A stretch of DNA of 64,000 nucleotides from Vicugna vicugna (lineage: Eukaryota): assembly GCA_013265495.1 (NCBI GenBank), contig MU058221.1, forward strand, positions 2,418,001-2,482,000, read 5' to 3'. Below, in pieces: positions 1 to 13,973 of this stretch. The translations under genes and the position numbers were made by a program. The stretch's first letter is position 1, and each line of letters opens with the position of its first letter. The notes below the pieces were generated by a model. It did not search any database, was not told the DNA's origin, and saw only the letters and a list, made by a program, of their open reading frames with translations.

Positions 1-1039
1 CAGGGAGGTTATGGGCAACGATTTTTGACCGAGTGTAAGGATGAGCTTTAAAACTGTCGAGAGCTGCTCAAATATTGAAGTTGCTTGGGGAAATGGTGAG
101 ATCGTGTCAAAGGAGATAATAAGATATTTGATGGGAGCATTTCAAGATTCATGAACTGAAAGTGAATTAGCAAGGTGAGCTGTAAAGTCTCAAATCCTGA
201 GAGACTTCGACTCCCTGGACTTGCATGTGATGGGAATGATCCTCGGAGAAATGGAACCGGAAGGTCTCATTAACGAGGAAGGTGCTGCTTAAGCGGAGAA
301 CGGTGAGGCGGACCTCACAGGCAGTGGGTGGGGCAGAATGAGTTAGGGGCTTTGACTGCTGCCGGATCTGCCCCATGCACGCAGGAGTCCACGGGATGGA
401 TTTTGGAACACCCGGATCTTCTGCCTTGGTCCGTTCTAAGTCCTCTAGCCGTTCAGATAAACTGGGGCGTTTCTGTTGGGAGCTGTTTGTTTTCTGACAC
501 TTGAACCTCCCAGTGCTGGTGTGTAGACAGCAGAGGGTTGTGGACGGAGTGGTCTGGGCTCCAGTGTCTCATGGCGTTTTGCTGGGGACGCGTGCTCCTC
601 TCCGGCGTGGCCTGGTGATGGGAAGGGGTGGTTGCTGGAGCTACAGGGCACTCCTGGTGGCATGGGTATATGTTCAAACTTAGTTTTGTGGAAGTCTTAT
701 AAGTGGAGGGATTAGGGGTGGTAGATACAGTAGAAGTCATACGGGATTCCACCCATCCTCCTGGAAGTGTGACAGCCCTTCCGTCCTTTGAACTCTGTTA
801 AAATGCATAAGTATCTTACACTGCGGAAGGGGAATGAAGCAATCCGTTCCTCCCAGGGTCACCAGCGTGGCCTTAGAGAACTGGAATCTGAGCGACCGCT
901 TTGCTTAAAATCCTTCCGCTTTCCCTGATCACCTTCCAGCTGACACCCAATTCCCTAGCGTGGAAAAGAAGGCAGCTGAAGAGTCCGCAGCACCGGCTCT
1001 AGAACCCTTCTGCCTGGGGGACAAGTGCTGATGTCGGAG

Positions 1040-1150
1040 CAGTTACGTTGCCTGTCCGTGCCTCCGTTTCCTCATCGTAAATGGTGATGGTGGTAATAAC
1101 CCCGAGCTCTTCCCGTTGTTCTGAAGACGAGATGTGTCAACATGTGTATC
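1040..1150 (+). mobile_element. MIR SINE fragment (core)
   Basis: gttac...gtgcctccgtttcctcatcgtaaatggtgatgg...taata resembles the MIR core GTGCCTCAGTTTCCTCATCTGTAAAATGGGGATAATA. Confidence 0.6.
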
Positions 1151-4100
1151 AAGCGTGTAGGGCAGCGTCCGGCCCGCTGCCGGTGACAGTACTGGCTGTC
1201 TGCCCCGCCCCCGCTCACTGGGCGCTTCTTGAGGACAGGACGTGTGCAGTGTCGGTACCCGTCCCAGGACAGGCGTGATGCACAGCACGGGTGAGGTGTA
1301 GGAGCTCCGACTGGAGCCGAACTCCTTTGGCTCCCATTCTGGTTCCATTGAGGGGCCATCTGCGCGGTACTTAACTTCCTTGTCGTCGGTTTTCTCATCT
1401 GTGAATCGAGGAGAGCCAATTCTGATAGTACGTGCAAAGCATTTAATTGAACACAGAGCCAGCCATTAAAACGGTTCGCTGATATTATCATTAGAGGTCA
1501 GTAGACGTTGGCATAATAAACATTCAAAATGCTGATGGAAAATGCCAGTGTGTGTCCACTTTCCCCTTGCCCCATCCCCCCCTCGCGGCCACCGCAGCCA
1601 GTCAGTTCCCCGCACCTCAGTTTCCAGGTTGCGTATCTAGGGACAATGTGACGGAATGCCCGCTTCCCGAGAGGACCACGGAGATGGATGTTCATGTTTA
1701 TAAAGTTGCTCCGAGCGACCTGAGGAAAATTACAGGTGAAAAGTACTGTTCTCACCCTGATTATTAATTGATGCCCCCAACCGCTCATCAGTTGGAATAT
1801 GACTGATCCACTGGCTCCGGAGGAAGATTGATCACTTGCCTCCCCAAACCTGGGGCTGTGCCTTTCATTAAGTGCAATTATCTCCCAGCAAACGCACACA
1901 TCTTGAGTCCACCGCCTCTTACTCAATGAAATCATTAAACCTCTTTGCAGCGAGGAGCTGTCAAAAGCCACCTGATGAAAAATGGCCCTAGACTGGGACT
2001 TGGGTTTAATTATACAATATCTACTCTTGGAGAGTTTCAAGGATGTTGTTCTGTTGTCTCTGCTCACTTAATGTTTTTCTTTCTTTCTCCTTCTTTTTCT
2101 TTCCTTCTTTTTTTAACCCTGCTCTCCCTCCCTTGTTACTAGTTTAGGATGTATCCCACCTCTGTTGGGGTGGGCATCTTTGAGAAGAGGGGGGCAGAAT
2201 CGGCCACATGGAGGGATTGCTGTGTAGAGCTTTCCTTTCTTAGAATCTCCACTGTGAGAGAGTGACCGTGAAGAATGATCAGTCTCTGCTTCCTAGAATC
2301 CACAGTTCAGTTCCCTTGGAGGCATTGCCAGAGCCCTGTTCCGTCAGCTGTAAACAGACTGAGCAAGGAGAAGCTCACGTGTAAGATCAGCAGGGTTCAA
2401 AGAAGCCGGTTAAGGGGAGCAAGACTGAGATAAACAACACAGTGGCGGATCCTTGGGACCCCCTGGGAGGGAAGAAGGGGCATTGGAGGGAGGAAGGAAA
2501 CCCACCAAAGGTCAAATGTGCTTCTCCTGAGATTTGCCTCTGCCCAGCCTTAATGGCTGGGAGAGCCAGCCTGGGTTGGGGCAGGCGGCATAAACCACAT
2601 GAACAGCAGTTTCTGTGGCTTGAGTTCCACCAGCAGTAGAATATTTGAGGATGTCCTGGAAGGCCTAAGAATCAGGAGCAAGGGTACACCATCATCAGAG
2701 GAGAAAGCAGGTGCCAGTCCGTGGAATACCCCATGTATCTGAGACATCGTCCTGAACTGCCACAACGGTAGAGTGGCAGAGCGCCGTCGGATCGTCCCTT
2801 AGGTGTCCCATCCAGATTAATGGCACTTAGCAGCGCCTCGTTCTCCAGCGGCCCAGTCTTCGACTCCATGCGCTGATGCTGAGTGGCTGTGAAAGCTCTC
2901 GGATGTTAAGTCTCTGTGATCTAACCTGCAGCTGTCCTTCCTCAGCGCATGTTCCCCAGTGTTTACTCCCAAGCAAAGAGAACGTCAGCAAAGGGCAGTG
3001 AAGTGCCTTCTTGAGTGATCTGGGGTAGAAGATAGGTTTCATATCTCCAAACATCTACTCTTCTATCCCCCTTTCAAGAAGAAGGAGGCAATGGAAAAGA
3101 AGTGGGAAAATCGGAGCCCAGCAGCCCGAGGTGTAACTTCAAACCGCTTAGGGGAGGGATCACAGAACTGCAGTGAGAATCTGTTTTGCCAAATAGTCAA
3201 GTGGCAAAAAAAAGAAAAAAAAATCAGTTCCAGGGACCTAGGAACTTCCTTGTCAAAACATGAGTTCACATTTCACTTGATGGAGAAAAATTAGATTTTG
3301 AAACATACTGGCATGGCACAGAAAGCAGTCGCATGTCTCACTGAGTTTAGTTGCCATTAAGGATTGTCTGAAGTCTTAGGGCGAGGGGTTCATGCCCAGT
3401 TAGAAGATGAGAAGACTGAGGCCAAAAGGGGTTCGACGCCCTCTGTCCTTTACATGTGGTGCTGCTGCTGCTTTAGTTTTCTGTCATTTTGGCAGCAGGC
3501 AGTTGGGGTTTTTTGTTTTCTGGTTTTTTTTGAGCTCTCACTCAAGTGTCTCGTACTTGTAAGAATCTTAGAAATCTTGGTGTATCGAGACAACATGAGG
3601 CGGTCGTGATGTTCACTCGGGAGGTTATGCATCTAGTCACCCAGCGAATGACAAAAATGTGAAGCCCTAAAGGAGAGGTTGGCAACATGGAATTGTAAGA
3701 GGCAAAAGAGGTCTAACTGGGCCCCCAGGGCAGTCACCGCAGGTGTCCCATAGACTCGCCTGGTGAAGATACAGCTTCCTCCTTAACAATTGCAGAAGGG
3801 AGCCATAGACCTTGTGAGTCTGTAAAAATTTTTTTAAAAATTTCTATATATATATATTTTTAAATACATATATATTTTTTCAAGATATCGAACCCATACT
3901 ACAAAGTGAATTTTAAGTGCAAATTCAAGAACACAACACCTTGTAAGCCATGAGTCATCCCAGAGCTGTCCACCAGCCTTTCCTTCCTTAATCATCACCG
4001 GACCCCTTACAGGGCAGTGCTGAGGGTCTTGTCCCTGTCCTGGACCTGAGCATCTCTTATTCTTGAATTTCCTCTTTTTTTATCTGACATCCATTGTGAC

Positions 4101-4299
4101 TTCTAAGTGTAACTCCGGTCAGGTAGTTCCTAACCCAGGTAGGTCCGTCTCTCTATCTGCAATTGACCAATAGTCCTGAGATATTTTGCCTTAATCACAC
4201 AGTCTTCATTAACTGCATTTCTCCTGCTCTTTGTTTGTTTCTTATTCATTCATTCGCCTCTCCTAAAAATATTTAGAGAATACTTATTCTGTCAGGACT

Positions 4300-4510
4300 G
4301 TGTATGTGCAGCACCATTCACTTTCTAAGCCGAATAATTCTCTGTTGTAGGAAATTGCCCTGTGCGTTGTAGGACGGGCAGCAGCATCCTTTGTCTTTAC
4401 CCGCTAGATGTGAGTAACACCTCTCCCCGATCTGTGACAGCCAGAAGTGTCTCCAGATATAGCCACCTATCCCCTGGGGGACCAGATCACCCCGGGGGTG
4501 AAAACCACTC
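4300..4510. mobile_element. MER20 (hAT-Charlie non-autonomous DNA transposon)
   Basis: ataattctctgttgtagg...ccctgtgcgttgtaggacg...cagcatcc...gtgacagccagaagtgtctccagatat...gaaaaccact follows the recalled MER20 consensus. Confidence 0.8.
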
Positions 4511-5309
4511 CTTTTTGTCAATCACTGTCCTGTGATTGGATACCGGATCCAGGAGTGAACAAAATCTCAAAATCGTACAAATGCATACAGTGTAAAATGT
4601 GGACGTAAGAACGTCTCCTTGGTTACTAGCCAACGTGTGCTGCCTGAGACGAATGATCTGTTAAAAAATCTTCATACTGGGAAGATATTACAGATCCACA
4701 AGGCTGTAGATGGCAGCAAAAGGCATTTTCTGAATTAAGTTCTCCCTTGAAGATCCTTCGGTCTGCCCTCAAAACGCTTTTCCTCCAGAGTCATTCATCC
4801 ATTCATCCAACAAATATTTAATAGTCCACTGGGTCCCAGGCATGTTATCATGGTGGTTTCCTTTCCTCGCTTTGTTTAGTTTTATCCATTACCTCCATCA
4901 CCAACTGCTAGCCACTGCTGGGGGAGGTTAAAAGCTGTTCATTTACAGAGCACCACGCTGCTCCCCAGAGTGTGTCTGTGTAACTGCCATGTGCCCACTC
5001 CATATGGAGTACACGAGAGGCTTGGAAATCCATGATCCAATTGAACAGGAACTTAATTAGTGCCTACTCTTTGTGAGGCACACAGGGGAAAATAATGGGA
5101 TGTATCTTTCACTTGACCGGACATCCTGTTTCAGAAGCACTGGGAGCGTTTTCCCGGCAGATCGAAGTCTGCAGCAGAGCCCCGTTCCTAGTGGCTGCCA
5201 CAGAGACTCATCCCCGCGGATGCCGTGTGTGTATGACTTCAGCGAGGGCGTTTCTTTTTTCTCTCCAAAATTCTCATTTGCAGCTTACACGCTCTTAACC
5301 TGGTCTTAG

Positions 5310-5792
5310 TTGCTGCAGCGGATTAAAGATGCTGGCAGTTTATTTACCACTTCTCCCATTGAGAAGTGGAGTCGATTTCCTTTCCTCTTGCATCTCCTGG
5401 CTTGACCTGTGATATGACAGAAGCAAGCTGTGTAACTTCCAAGGCTCGGGTTTAAGAGCTCTGAAGCTGCTCCTTTCATCCCTTCCGGATGCTTTCTCTC
5501 AGAAGCCAGCTCCCGTACAATGGGAACCTCCAGACCTGCAGAGGAGAGGGGAGGCTCTCTGACTGACAGCTCTAGCCGCATCCTCCAACAACAGTGAGCT
5601 GCACCTGGCAGCCGTGTGAGTGGCGCCGTCTTGGATCTCCCAGTGTCTTAGGGCCCCAGCCCATACTTTGTGGAACACAGGTGACCTGCTCTTGTTGGGC
5701 TTCCCCACATTGTGGAAATCTGAACAAATAATCCATTTTGTTGTAAGCCGCAGAATTGTGGGGCTGATTGTTACTCATCAGTAAATTTAACA
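5310..5792 (+). mobile_element. MLT1-family (ERVL-MaLR) solo LTR
   Basis: MLT1-like 5' part (cttctcccattgagaagtggagtc) and 3' part (aaataa...gttgtaagcc...tggggctgattgttac...aaca). Confidence 0.75.
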
Positions 5793-7859
5793 GCCAACCA
5801 AGACAGTTTGTCCTGAAATTTTATTTCCTTGGAACTCTCTGCTCATTAAGAAGTCAAAATGCCTATTGGCCTGGTTCACTGTCCCAAGTATGGGGTTTAA
5901 ATTTAGCTTCTCAGTTCAAGTTTTTTTCTGTCATTCACGAATTGTCGTCCCTCTGGGAAAGAAATGGATCAGCCTCCAGTACTTTCCAGCTCTTGGCTCT
6001 TTCTTGAATTTAGGTTTTGACTTACAACCCCCCACTTTAACTAGTTAACCCAAAAGACTGAATTTCCCAGAATCAATTTCTAATAAAGACATTTGAAAAT
6101 GGAAAAGAGAGCAGTCCTTGGTTTTTAATCACAGGGATGTGGCCAGCGTGGGGTAAAGACTCAAGATAAAAATGGCAAATGGATACAGACTCCCCTGGTG
6201 GGAGCTGTGGTCCTAGCTGAGGGGCGTTAAGATGGGGAAACAACCACTCAGCAGCCACGATGCACTCCTGCAAGACTCCCTCTCAGACTTTCTCACAAAA
6301 CTGCCCTCATACATCATTTTTAGGAGACTCTGGATCCCTAGATCTCAGCCTCGCCCTGTTTCAGCACCGTGCATGCTTTTCTTCTATGAAATATTTAACG
6401 GTCAACCCGAGCTCCCTGCAGCAGGCTGATGCATCCCTGCTCTGGTTTTACTGGGGCTGTCTTGTGTTAGAGCCGTGGATACCACGCGGCGGACTTCTCA
6501 GCCCCTACTCCCGCCACCCAGTCCTGTTATGACGTTCATTTGTCACGTGCAGTAAGGGGTTCAGCTGGCAAACAGGATTGATATGCTGTCAAATTGCTCC
6601 TGACAGAGTGGTTTTAAAAGCTTTTAGAGAGGGTGCACGGGGGGACGTTTTGTCTTCATGGAGTCAGTGTGGCTCATGTGTCTGCATTAAATGTCTAACA
6701 GTCACACTGAACAAGAATGACGTTTTAAATAAGAGTAAGCACGGCTTAACTTTTTAATGTCATTCTTCAGAGCCAAGGACTTGATTTTGTTTTCTTTTTA
6801 GTTAACGTACATGGCTCAGTTTATAGCATAGGCTTTCTTCCTTTCTCCCCTCTTTCTTACTTTGTTAATGTCTGAACATCTCTATTCTCAGTTGAGTTGG
6901 TGGGGTCTTTTCAGGTGGAGGTGTTCGGAGGTTTTCTTTTACCTTTAAAAGACATTGGCAGGCTTTTTCTGTGCGAGTGTGAACGTGGCCAGTCTTGTCT
7001 GAATGCAGGGGCTGTGAAAGGTGGCCGCAGTGGCGGGAAAGGCTAGACAGGAGAGTTGGGAGGAGGAGTCATCACGTGAAACCCAGGAACTGGACATGGA
7101 CAAGCCAGCCGTCAGATGGCCCCTGATCCACGCGGTGGGCTCCAATCCTTGCAAAAACATCTGCCACCAGGAGGCCTCTAGGGCTGGAGGGGCAGAGTGC
7201 GGCAGGTGCTCACACAGCTGGGGCACAGTCCTGGGACGAGGCGGGGGTGCAGGTGGGAGAGACTCAGAACAGCACCAGAAGCAAAGGGGGGGCCTTCCCA
7301 CCAGGCCGGCTTGGCCCGGTCCCTGGCTGTCACTTTGTGAAACTTGCTTCTGGGTGGGCGTGGTTGGCCCAGGTCCTTCGCCGAATTTGAGCTCTGTGTC
7401 TCTGAGGGTATGGAAATGTGTGAAGGTGTGCTATAGATGTGGTAGTTCCATGAGGCTTCATGTGAGAAAACCGTCTTCCTTCTCAAAGTAAACCCCAGAA
7501 TCTCCGACGCGTGGCCCTGGGAAGAGCTTCTGCAGGTGAGCAGGGGGGTGCCCTGATTCGGGCTTTCCGCTTGCTGAGCGCACACAAACCTCTTTCCTTT
7601 GATGCATCATTTGCGCGGCTGAGCAAGCTGGGATTTACCAGATTAAAAGACAAATAAATGAAAGGAAACCTCAGAAAATTCTCAGCATCCCAACTCATGA
7701 AATGTCCTGATCCTCTGAACATTTATAACGTAGACTTTTTGTTCTCTCTCTTCTTCTTTCCATTGCTAATGTCTCAGTGTCTCTAGTTTCAGTTTACTTG
7801 GTGGAATCTCTTTCTCTGGAGATGTTAGAGATTTTTATTTAGTTAGTTAGTTAATTTTA

Positions 7860-7965
7860 TTTTTTTAATTGAAGTCCAGTCAATCACAACGTATCAGTTC
7901 CTGGTGTACAGCACGATGTCCCAGCCGTGCATGTACATACATACATTTGTTTTCGTATTTTTTTT
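7860..7965 (-). mobile_element. Short L1 3' tail (artiodactyl/camelid type)
   Basis: poly-T then aattgaagt..agtc...ctggtgtacagca..atg...catacata; similar to other L1 tails in this window. Confidence 0.75.
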
Positions 7966-8834
7966 GTACTTACTTATTTTGTCTTGTCCTAGGACTCGCT
8001 GCCTCTAGAGAGGGCACTGCTCACACTTTCGTGAAGACTTTTGTCTCTGGAGAACGATGTGGACGCACACACCATAGCCGTTCGACAAGGCTCAACTCAG
8101 TACTCGAATGTCCCCTCCCCTGTTTTCCACACCCAGTTCTCACTCCTCCTTCCTCCATGTCAGGACTTTTCTCTAGTCTCAGACCCTGTGGCTCTCTAGG
8201 CATTAAGAGTGGGAAGACCCCTGAGTGTGCACCACTCATGTCACCTGCCTGTGTAATGGCAGGTCTGGCGGCCTTAATCAAAGCCAGCGCCTGGGTGGGT
8301 GCTGGAATGTCAGGTGGCTGAGTCCTTCCCAGGTCATGTGGGTTAGTAGGGCCTGAGTGTCTTCACCTCTAGGCTCGGGGGATAGTCAGCTAGATAGGAT
8401 ATCAGAATTAAGAATAAAAAAATACAACAGAAACACAATATATTTGCTATATGAAAATGTATTAGACAATGACTTAAGACACAGATGATGAATTAACGAT
8501 ATTAAGACACAGTCTGGACTTGTGTCTGGCTGACGGGTGAGTAGTGGAAGCCACCGTGTCCACCGCAGGCCAGTTCTTTGTCATCCAAACCACCCCCCGG
8601 GCCTGTTGATGTCTTCAATCTCGGGCTGGCCATCCCCGGACTCCAGGGGGTCTCAGAACAACCGCTCGGGGCCCGGTGATGTGATGAAGCGATTTCTGGC
8701 CACGTGGGGGAAGGCCTTTTCCCACGGAGGTGTAACTGACATGCAGCATTACGTTGCTCTCACGCACACAGCAGCAGATTCGATGTTTGTGTTCGTTGCA
8801 AACTGGCCACCACTAGCCTGGTTACCACCTGTCA

Positions 8835-9110
8835 CCATACAGAGTTACATTTCATTTTCTCATAATGAAAATGATTCAAGATTTACTCTCTTGGCAGCTT
8901 TCAAACACGCACTCAGACATTACTGACTGCGGTCACCTTGCTGCACGTTACACCCCGTGACTTACTTATTTTATAACTGGAAGTTTGTGCCTCTTCACCT
9001 GCTTCACCCACTGTGACCGCCTCCTGTGCCCTCTCCCCTGTGGCAGGCACCATTTTGTTCCCTGTATCTGTGAGTTTGTCTTTGTCTGTCCCTTTGTTTT
9101 GTTTTTTAGA
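8835..9110 (-). mobile_element. Older L1M (L1MA/MB-like) 3' fragment
   Basis: aagatttactctcttggcagctttcaa...acttacttattttataactggaagtttgtgcctcttcacc...ctgtatctgtgagttt...tttttagat. Confidence 0.75.
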
Positions 9111-11269
9111 TCCCTCAGAGCCCTTTCTGAGCTGGCCATGCCTGTGGTGCTGCCTCCACCAGGCGTATCACTGTGATGGTACCTTCTTTGGCTTGAATGT
9201 TAGGGAATTAATTACTCATCCCCCGGGGCTAAGCTCAGTGTCTGTCTCTCTCCCCCCGACACCTCCCTCTCTTCTCATGATCTCTTCTCAAGTCACCTCT
9301 TGCTGACGTCTAAGTTGTACGTCAAACGCCCAGTCCTTGGAGACCTCAGCTGTGGCTCCCTGGCCTCGGGGTCACAGTCTCCTTGGTGCCATCTTTCTTC
9401 AGCCTTGAGGCCGGCCCAGTCTGCCGGGTTGCTAACACACTGGCCTCACCTCTTCCTGCTCAGGAAGTGATGGAAACTGAGGCTCCTGCGTCAGACCATT
9501 GGGCTCAGCCTGGGAGAACCTAGAATGCCACACCAAGGGAGCGTGGCTTCTTTAAGCAATGCAGAATCTCTGTTAGTCATGTGTTTTCAATGCCAAGCTG
9601 TAGTTTTAAGGATTCTCAGATCTTGGAATCTCTGTGCTTTAGGAAAAGGCTTTACCATCTCTCGGGACTGTCTGGGAAAAAAACCCACAAGGTGTATCGT
9701 TGCATTTAAACGAACACTGGTGTTGGTTGAGAGCACTCTACCTGCAGTTGCCTACTTAAAGCAGAATGCAGTACCAGCCAGAAATTGTGCCCTGTTTCCC
9801 TTTGTGGCTTCTGAAAATGATATTTATACTGACACAGTATATTTTTTATTCAACTTGGAAAAATACGCCACCCTTTCATTTTCATGCAGATCACGGAACT
9901 ATTTGCTCTTTAATGCTGGATCTGATAGCAAATGGGAAGCCTTCTGGGACACGCAGAGGAGACAGTCTCCCATTGGTCTTGCTTCTTAAAGAGCACCCGC
10001 CCTGGGAAAAGGTGTAAAAAGGTGGGAGTGGGTCTGCTTCCTCTCTCTGTCATGCCCTTCTCTTCACGCCTCCTTGCTGTGCAGTTTCCGCCCAGATTTG
10101 ATGCCTTCAAGCTGCCCAGAAGCCCACGGATCATTCTGCTAGATCCACCTGTACTTCTCCTCCAAGCCAACACGCCGACCCTCTTTGCCTGCAGCCATGA
10201 TACTGAGGATACGGGTACCTCGTCCATCTCAGTTCAAGTTCGCACCAAACTGAGACACATATCTAGAAACGGCCTTCCGTCCTCCCGAGTGGACAGGCGT
10301 GCTTTCTGTAGGGCTGCAGCCTGGGCTGGGGTGGGCAGTCAAGGGCTTTGGACCAGGAGCTCCAGCTATAAGATGATCGTGAAATACACAGCAGGAACCC
10401 CAAAGCTGAATGTCTCTACGGACGCGCCGCCTGCCAGGCTTTCCAGGTAGCTCTGAGCATTGCCCGAGGTTTCCTGCACATGCTACAGAACATACTCATG
10501 CTCGACACACAGCATCTCTCCCACTGGCTCGTTCCTTCCTGCTGCTTCTCACTGCGACCCGAGCTAACGCCCAGCGTGGCAGCAAGGCCACCAGCATCCG
10601 TGGCACGCGTCACCGCTGGTGGCTGAGCTGCGCCAAAGTCCGCGTGGCGCCTCCTGGCCCCCGTTTCTGTGTGATGGCTAGCGGCACCCGTGTTTTTGAC
10701 AAGGGGTCGCCGTGCCGGTGTCCGGGGTGCCATGGCCGCCCCTGGTGTTGCCAGCTCCACCCCTTTCATGCCTTTGCTGCTTCTGCCAACATTGCTGCCG
10801 CTGCCACCAAAGCCCCCGATGCTACTGGCACTGTGACCTCGCTTCCGCTTGCTCTTTTATCGCTGCATTGCCCCAGGCATCAGGCAAGGGCCCGGGGGGC
10901 TGAGCCGGGGGGCGCTCTGACCCCTTGTGTGTTTCTCCCTCCCCGGAGGATGCAGGCTCTCCACGCAGGGGCGAGAGCAGAGGATGGAGTGCTCTAAAGG
11001 GCGGTGAGCCCCGGGGTGAGAAAGTTGCCATGTGTATTTCTGGCCTTTCTAGGCAAGATGTTTTTGAAAGATGAATTAAGGGCTCTCCAAGGTCCCTTCA
11101 TATTTGCGCAGTTTGTGCATCTTTTTTTTTGGAAACTTAGGACCTCTGAGTGGCTGGCCTAAGGCAGATGGCATAAGCTTGTGGCAGGTCCCAGAGGCGA
11201 ACCAAGGTCTCCTGACATTTTGATCACGTGTGTGCACTTGAGCACGTGTTTGTGCATGGGTGTGTGTGT

Positions 11270-11400
11270 GTGGTTTCTGTATCTCCTGTTAGCGCTACAA
11301 GTTTTTCAGAGCAGGGGCTAGTGCTAATTGTAATTCCGTGAACCCCCAAGCAGGTTCTCTGATGCCAAGCTGTGGGATTCCCTAAATGTTTGATGAAGAA
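11270..11400 (+). mobile_element. L2 3' end fragment
   Basis: ctgtatctcc...gagcagggg...taaatgtttgatgaa resembles the L2 terminal region. Confidence 0.5.
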
Positions 11401-12719
11401 ATTCTTCCTTTAAGTTTTCCATTCAGAGCACTTTTTATGATTAAAAGCTCCAAATGGTTAGGAACAAAGTGCTTAATATCTTACAGCAACTCCCCCCACC
11501 CCAGTCAGCACATTAAAACTTACCAGAAAGGACAAGAGAAATCAAAGAAGTGCAAATGAATCTGATGTCCCCACTTTGCCTTTATTGTGCTTTAAAAAAA
11601 AAGAAAAGGAAAGAAAATTTTCCCTCTGCCACAAAATGGGTTTTGTTGTTCTCAGAATACCGGTGAGGTGGAGAGGAAGTTGGGGCTTACGTATCTCCCA
11701 GATCCCGGCTACTTTCCCTCTAGAATTCAGGAATCTTCGGGCATAACTGTTAAGAACTGGGTAGCAGTAAACCCCGAGTCACTGAATTTGCCCTGTTTTT
11801 CCTGCACTTTCCCTTTGAGAACTCCAGCCCCCTGCAGCCTTCCCAAATTTCTGCAGAAGGCTCCAGCTTGGCTGAGCTGTGTTTCTAAAAGCAGCCATTT
11901 GGACGACTGTGTGGCTCTTTGACCCTTCCCTCCTGCTCCCCCAGATCACTTCGGTGAAGTCTCCAGGCACCCCCAGCACGGCGATTGGCAGCCAGGCCAC
12001 TGATGCGCCCTGATGACACTGCCTTCGAGGCTCATGCCCAGGAAAGGCAGCACTTCTGTGTGTTTAGGATGCGTCCCTGCGAAAGACGCCAGTGCCCGAG
12101 GCTGACGGCTGTCGTCTGATTCTGCCACTGTCCCCAGGGGCTCGCTCAGAGGGGTCTTTCCTTCCTGAGAGCAGCCTGTGTTCTTGTCCTTCTCACTACT
12201 TGTCATCTGGCCCCTCCTGTGTGCCACTGCCCCCAAGGCTAAGGCAGGAGATGATCGGTGGTTTTAATTAGATGAAGCCGACCCCTCCTGGGGTATTACC
12301 CCCCGGGGCAGGACAGTTCCTTGCACTGGCTGTCGTGGCTGTGCCAGGTGTCCCATCGTTTGGAGGAGGGGATCTGACCGTCCTGGAAACGGCAAGTGCT
12401 TGCTTCATCCGTGCAGCTTCTCCCGTTTTTCCTTCCTCCCTGCACCCCCTGACCCCCCCAGATTTCCACGCCTGTGGGCTAGATAGTGACCATGACACAG
12501 ACCGTATGAATGAGGCTTTATCCTGAGGGTAAAGGGAGCAGATGAGGCAGGAACTCGGAGAGGGGGGTCCAGGCGATTTGAAAGGGGAAGGAGAAGAAAC
12601 AGAAACCTTGAGGGAGAAAACTTTGAAATTTTGGGGGCGTTGTTTGAGATTTGGAATCAATGTGAGAACAAGGAGGAGCGTAATTAAATTCAAATTGCAT
12701 AGTTTTCCCTGAAATCTGA

Positions 12720-12960
12720 GAGGCGGTATAATGTCATGATAAGGATGCCAGTTCCCCCCTTGACTCTATTTCCTGGCTGTGCAACCTCGGACAAGTTACT
12801 CCGCCTCTCTGTGCTTCAGTCGCTACATCTGTAACATGGAGATGATACTGGCGTCTGTCTCACAGGATTATTAGGAAACTGTAAATGAAGGCAGGCCTAG
12901 AATTGTGCCTGACACATAGTTAGTGCTCGGCAAGCATTGGCCATGACTCTGAGATTTGCT
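12720..12960 (+). mobile_element. MIR SINE, near full length
   Basis: gctgtgcaacctcggacaagttac...ctctgtgcttcagt...catctgtaacatggagatgata...gtgcctgacacatagttagtgctc. Confidence 0.85.
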
Positions 12961-13825
12961 ATTGTAATCATTATTATTTAGGTACCGCCACCCAGACTGA
13001 CTTCTGTTTTTGGTTTGATTTCTTGTTTTCTTTTCTGTAGACAAGACCTGTGGGTTTTGGCCGTGAAGCTTTTTTTTTTTTTCTGGTGGTATTTGAGAAG
13101 GATATAAAGTGACATCTCAGAAGGGCCTCTAGCTATTGGCAAGGTGAATTGCCCGGTGTTTTAATTAGAAGAGATATTTTCAGGTGGAGCCCTGGAAAAT
13201 GAGATGATGCTTCTGAAGAGCTGTTGCTAAGAAGGCGCTGTCTTGCCAAGCTGTGGGTTTCCCCGGGGCCAGCAGCCACGTCCCAGGGATAAACGGAACT
13301 GGGAAGTGTATTCTGGGCACTGAGAGTGGTTACGAGGGAAGGGGCGCCTGAAAGCACGTGACGTGAAAGTGGTTTTCTCAGGGACAGAAAGTCCTGTCCT
13401 CTTAGCTCCTCTGGTCCTGGAAATCACTTCAAGCCTCCGTGGGTGCTTTGTGCGTTTGCCAGGATAGGCCAGAGTGCGCCGAGAAACCAACAGACCTCCA
13501 GGCCCAGTGGCTTGATACCCCGGGGATTTATTTCCAGTCCAGTCACCTGTCAGGTGGGACTCACTCGGGGGTGGGTTCTGACGTCTCTCCACACACTAGC
13601 TCAGAGGTCTTGCCTGATGGAGCCTCCACCTGTGGTTCCACGGTGATTCTCAGGCTCTGTAAGACCCTTGGGCCCTTGCACATTCTTAGAGAAGATTGAG
13701 GGTCCCAGGGCACTTTTGTGTATGTGGGTCTATTTATTTTGATGTACCGCCTTGTGCATTAAAACTGAGATTAAAGGTACATTTATAAGTTCATGTAAAA
13801 GTGATGAGAAGCTCCAGTGTTCTTG

Positions 13826-13940
13826 TCACCTCCTGTCCACCCCGTTGATGAAGGGGGGCTTCCTCTCGAGGGTCCTGGCGATGGTCCAACACTCATCACC
13901 TGACTCTGGGCGGAAGAGGGTGACAGCAGTTTATCAGTCT

Positions 13941-13973
<33 letters not shown>

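Noticed and set aside
6360..6380. TTCAGCACC REST/RE1 left half-site (also at 61386)
   Set aside because: The right half (GGACAG) is missing at canonical spacing
10410..10997. Longest ORFs in the track (195 aa here; 189 aa at 1498-2067; 172 aa at 9932-10450)
   Set aside because: No recognisable domain, low-complexity Arg/Pro/Ser/Cys-rich composition, overlapping ORFs on both strands and no evident splice structure; expected by chance in GC-richer DNA
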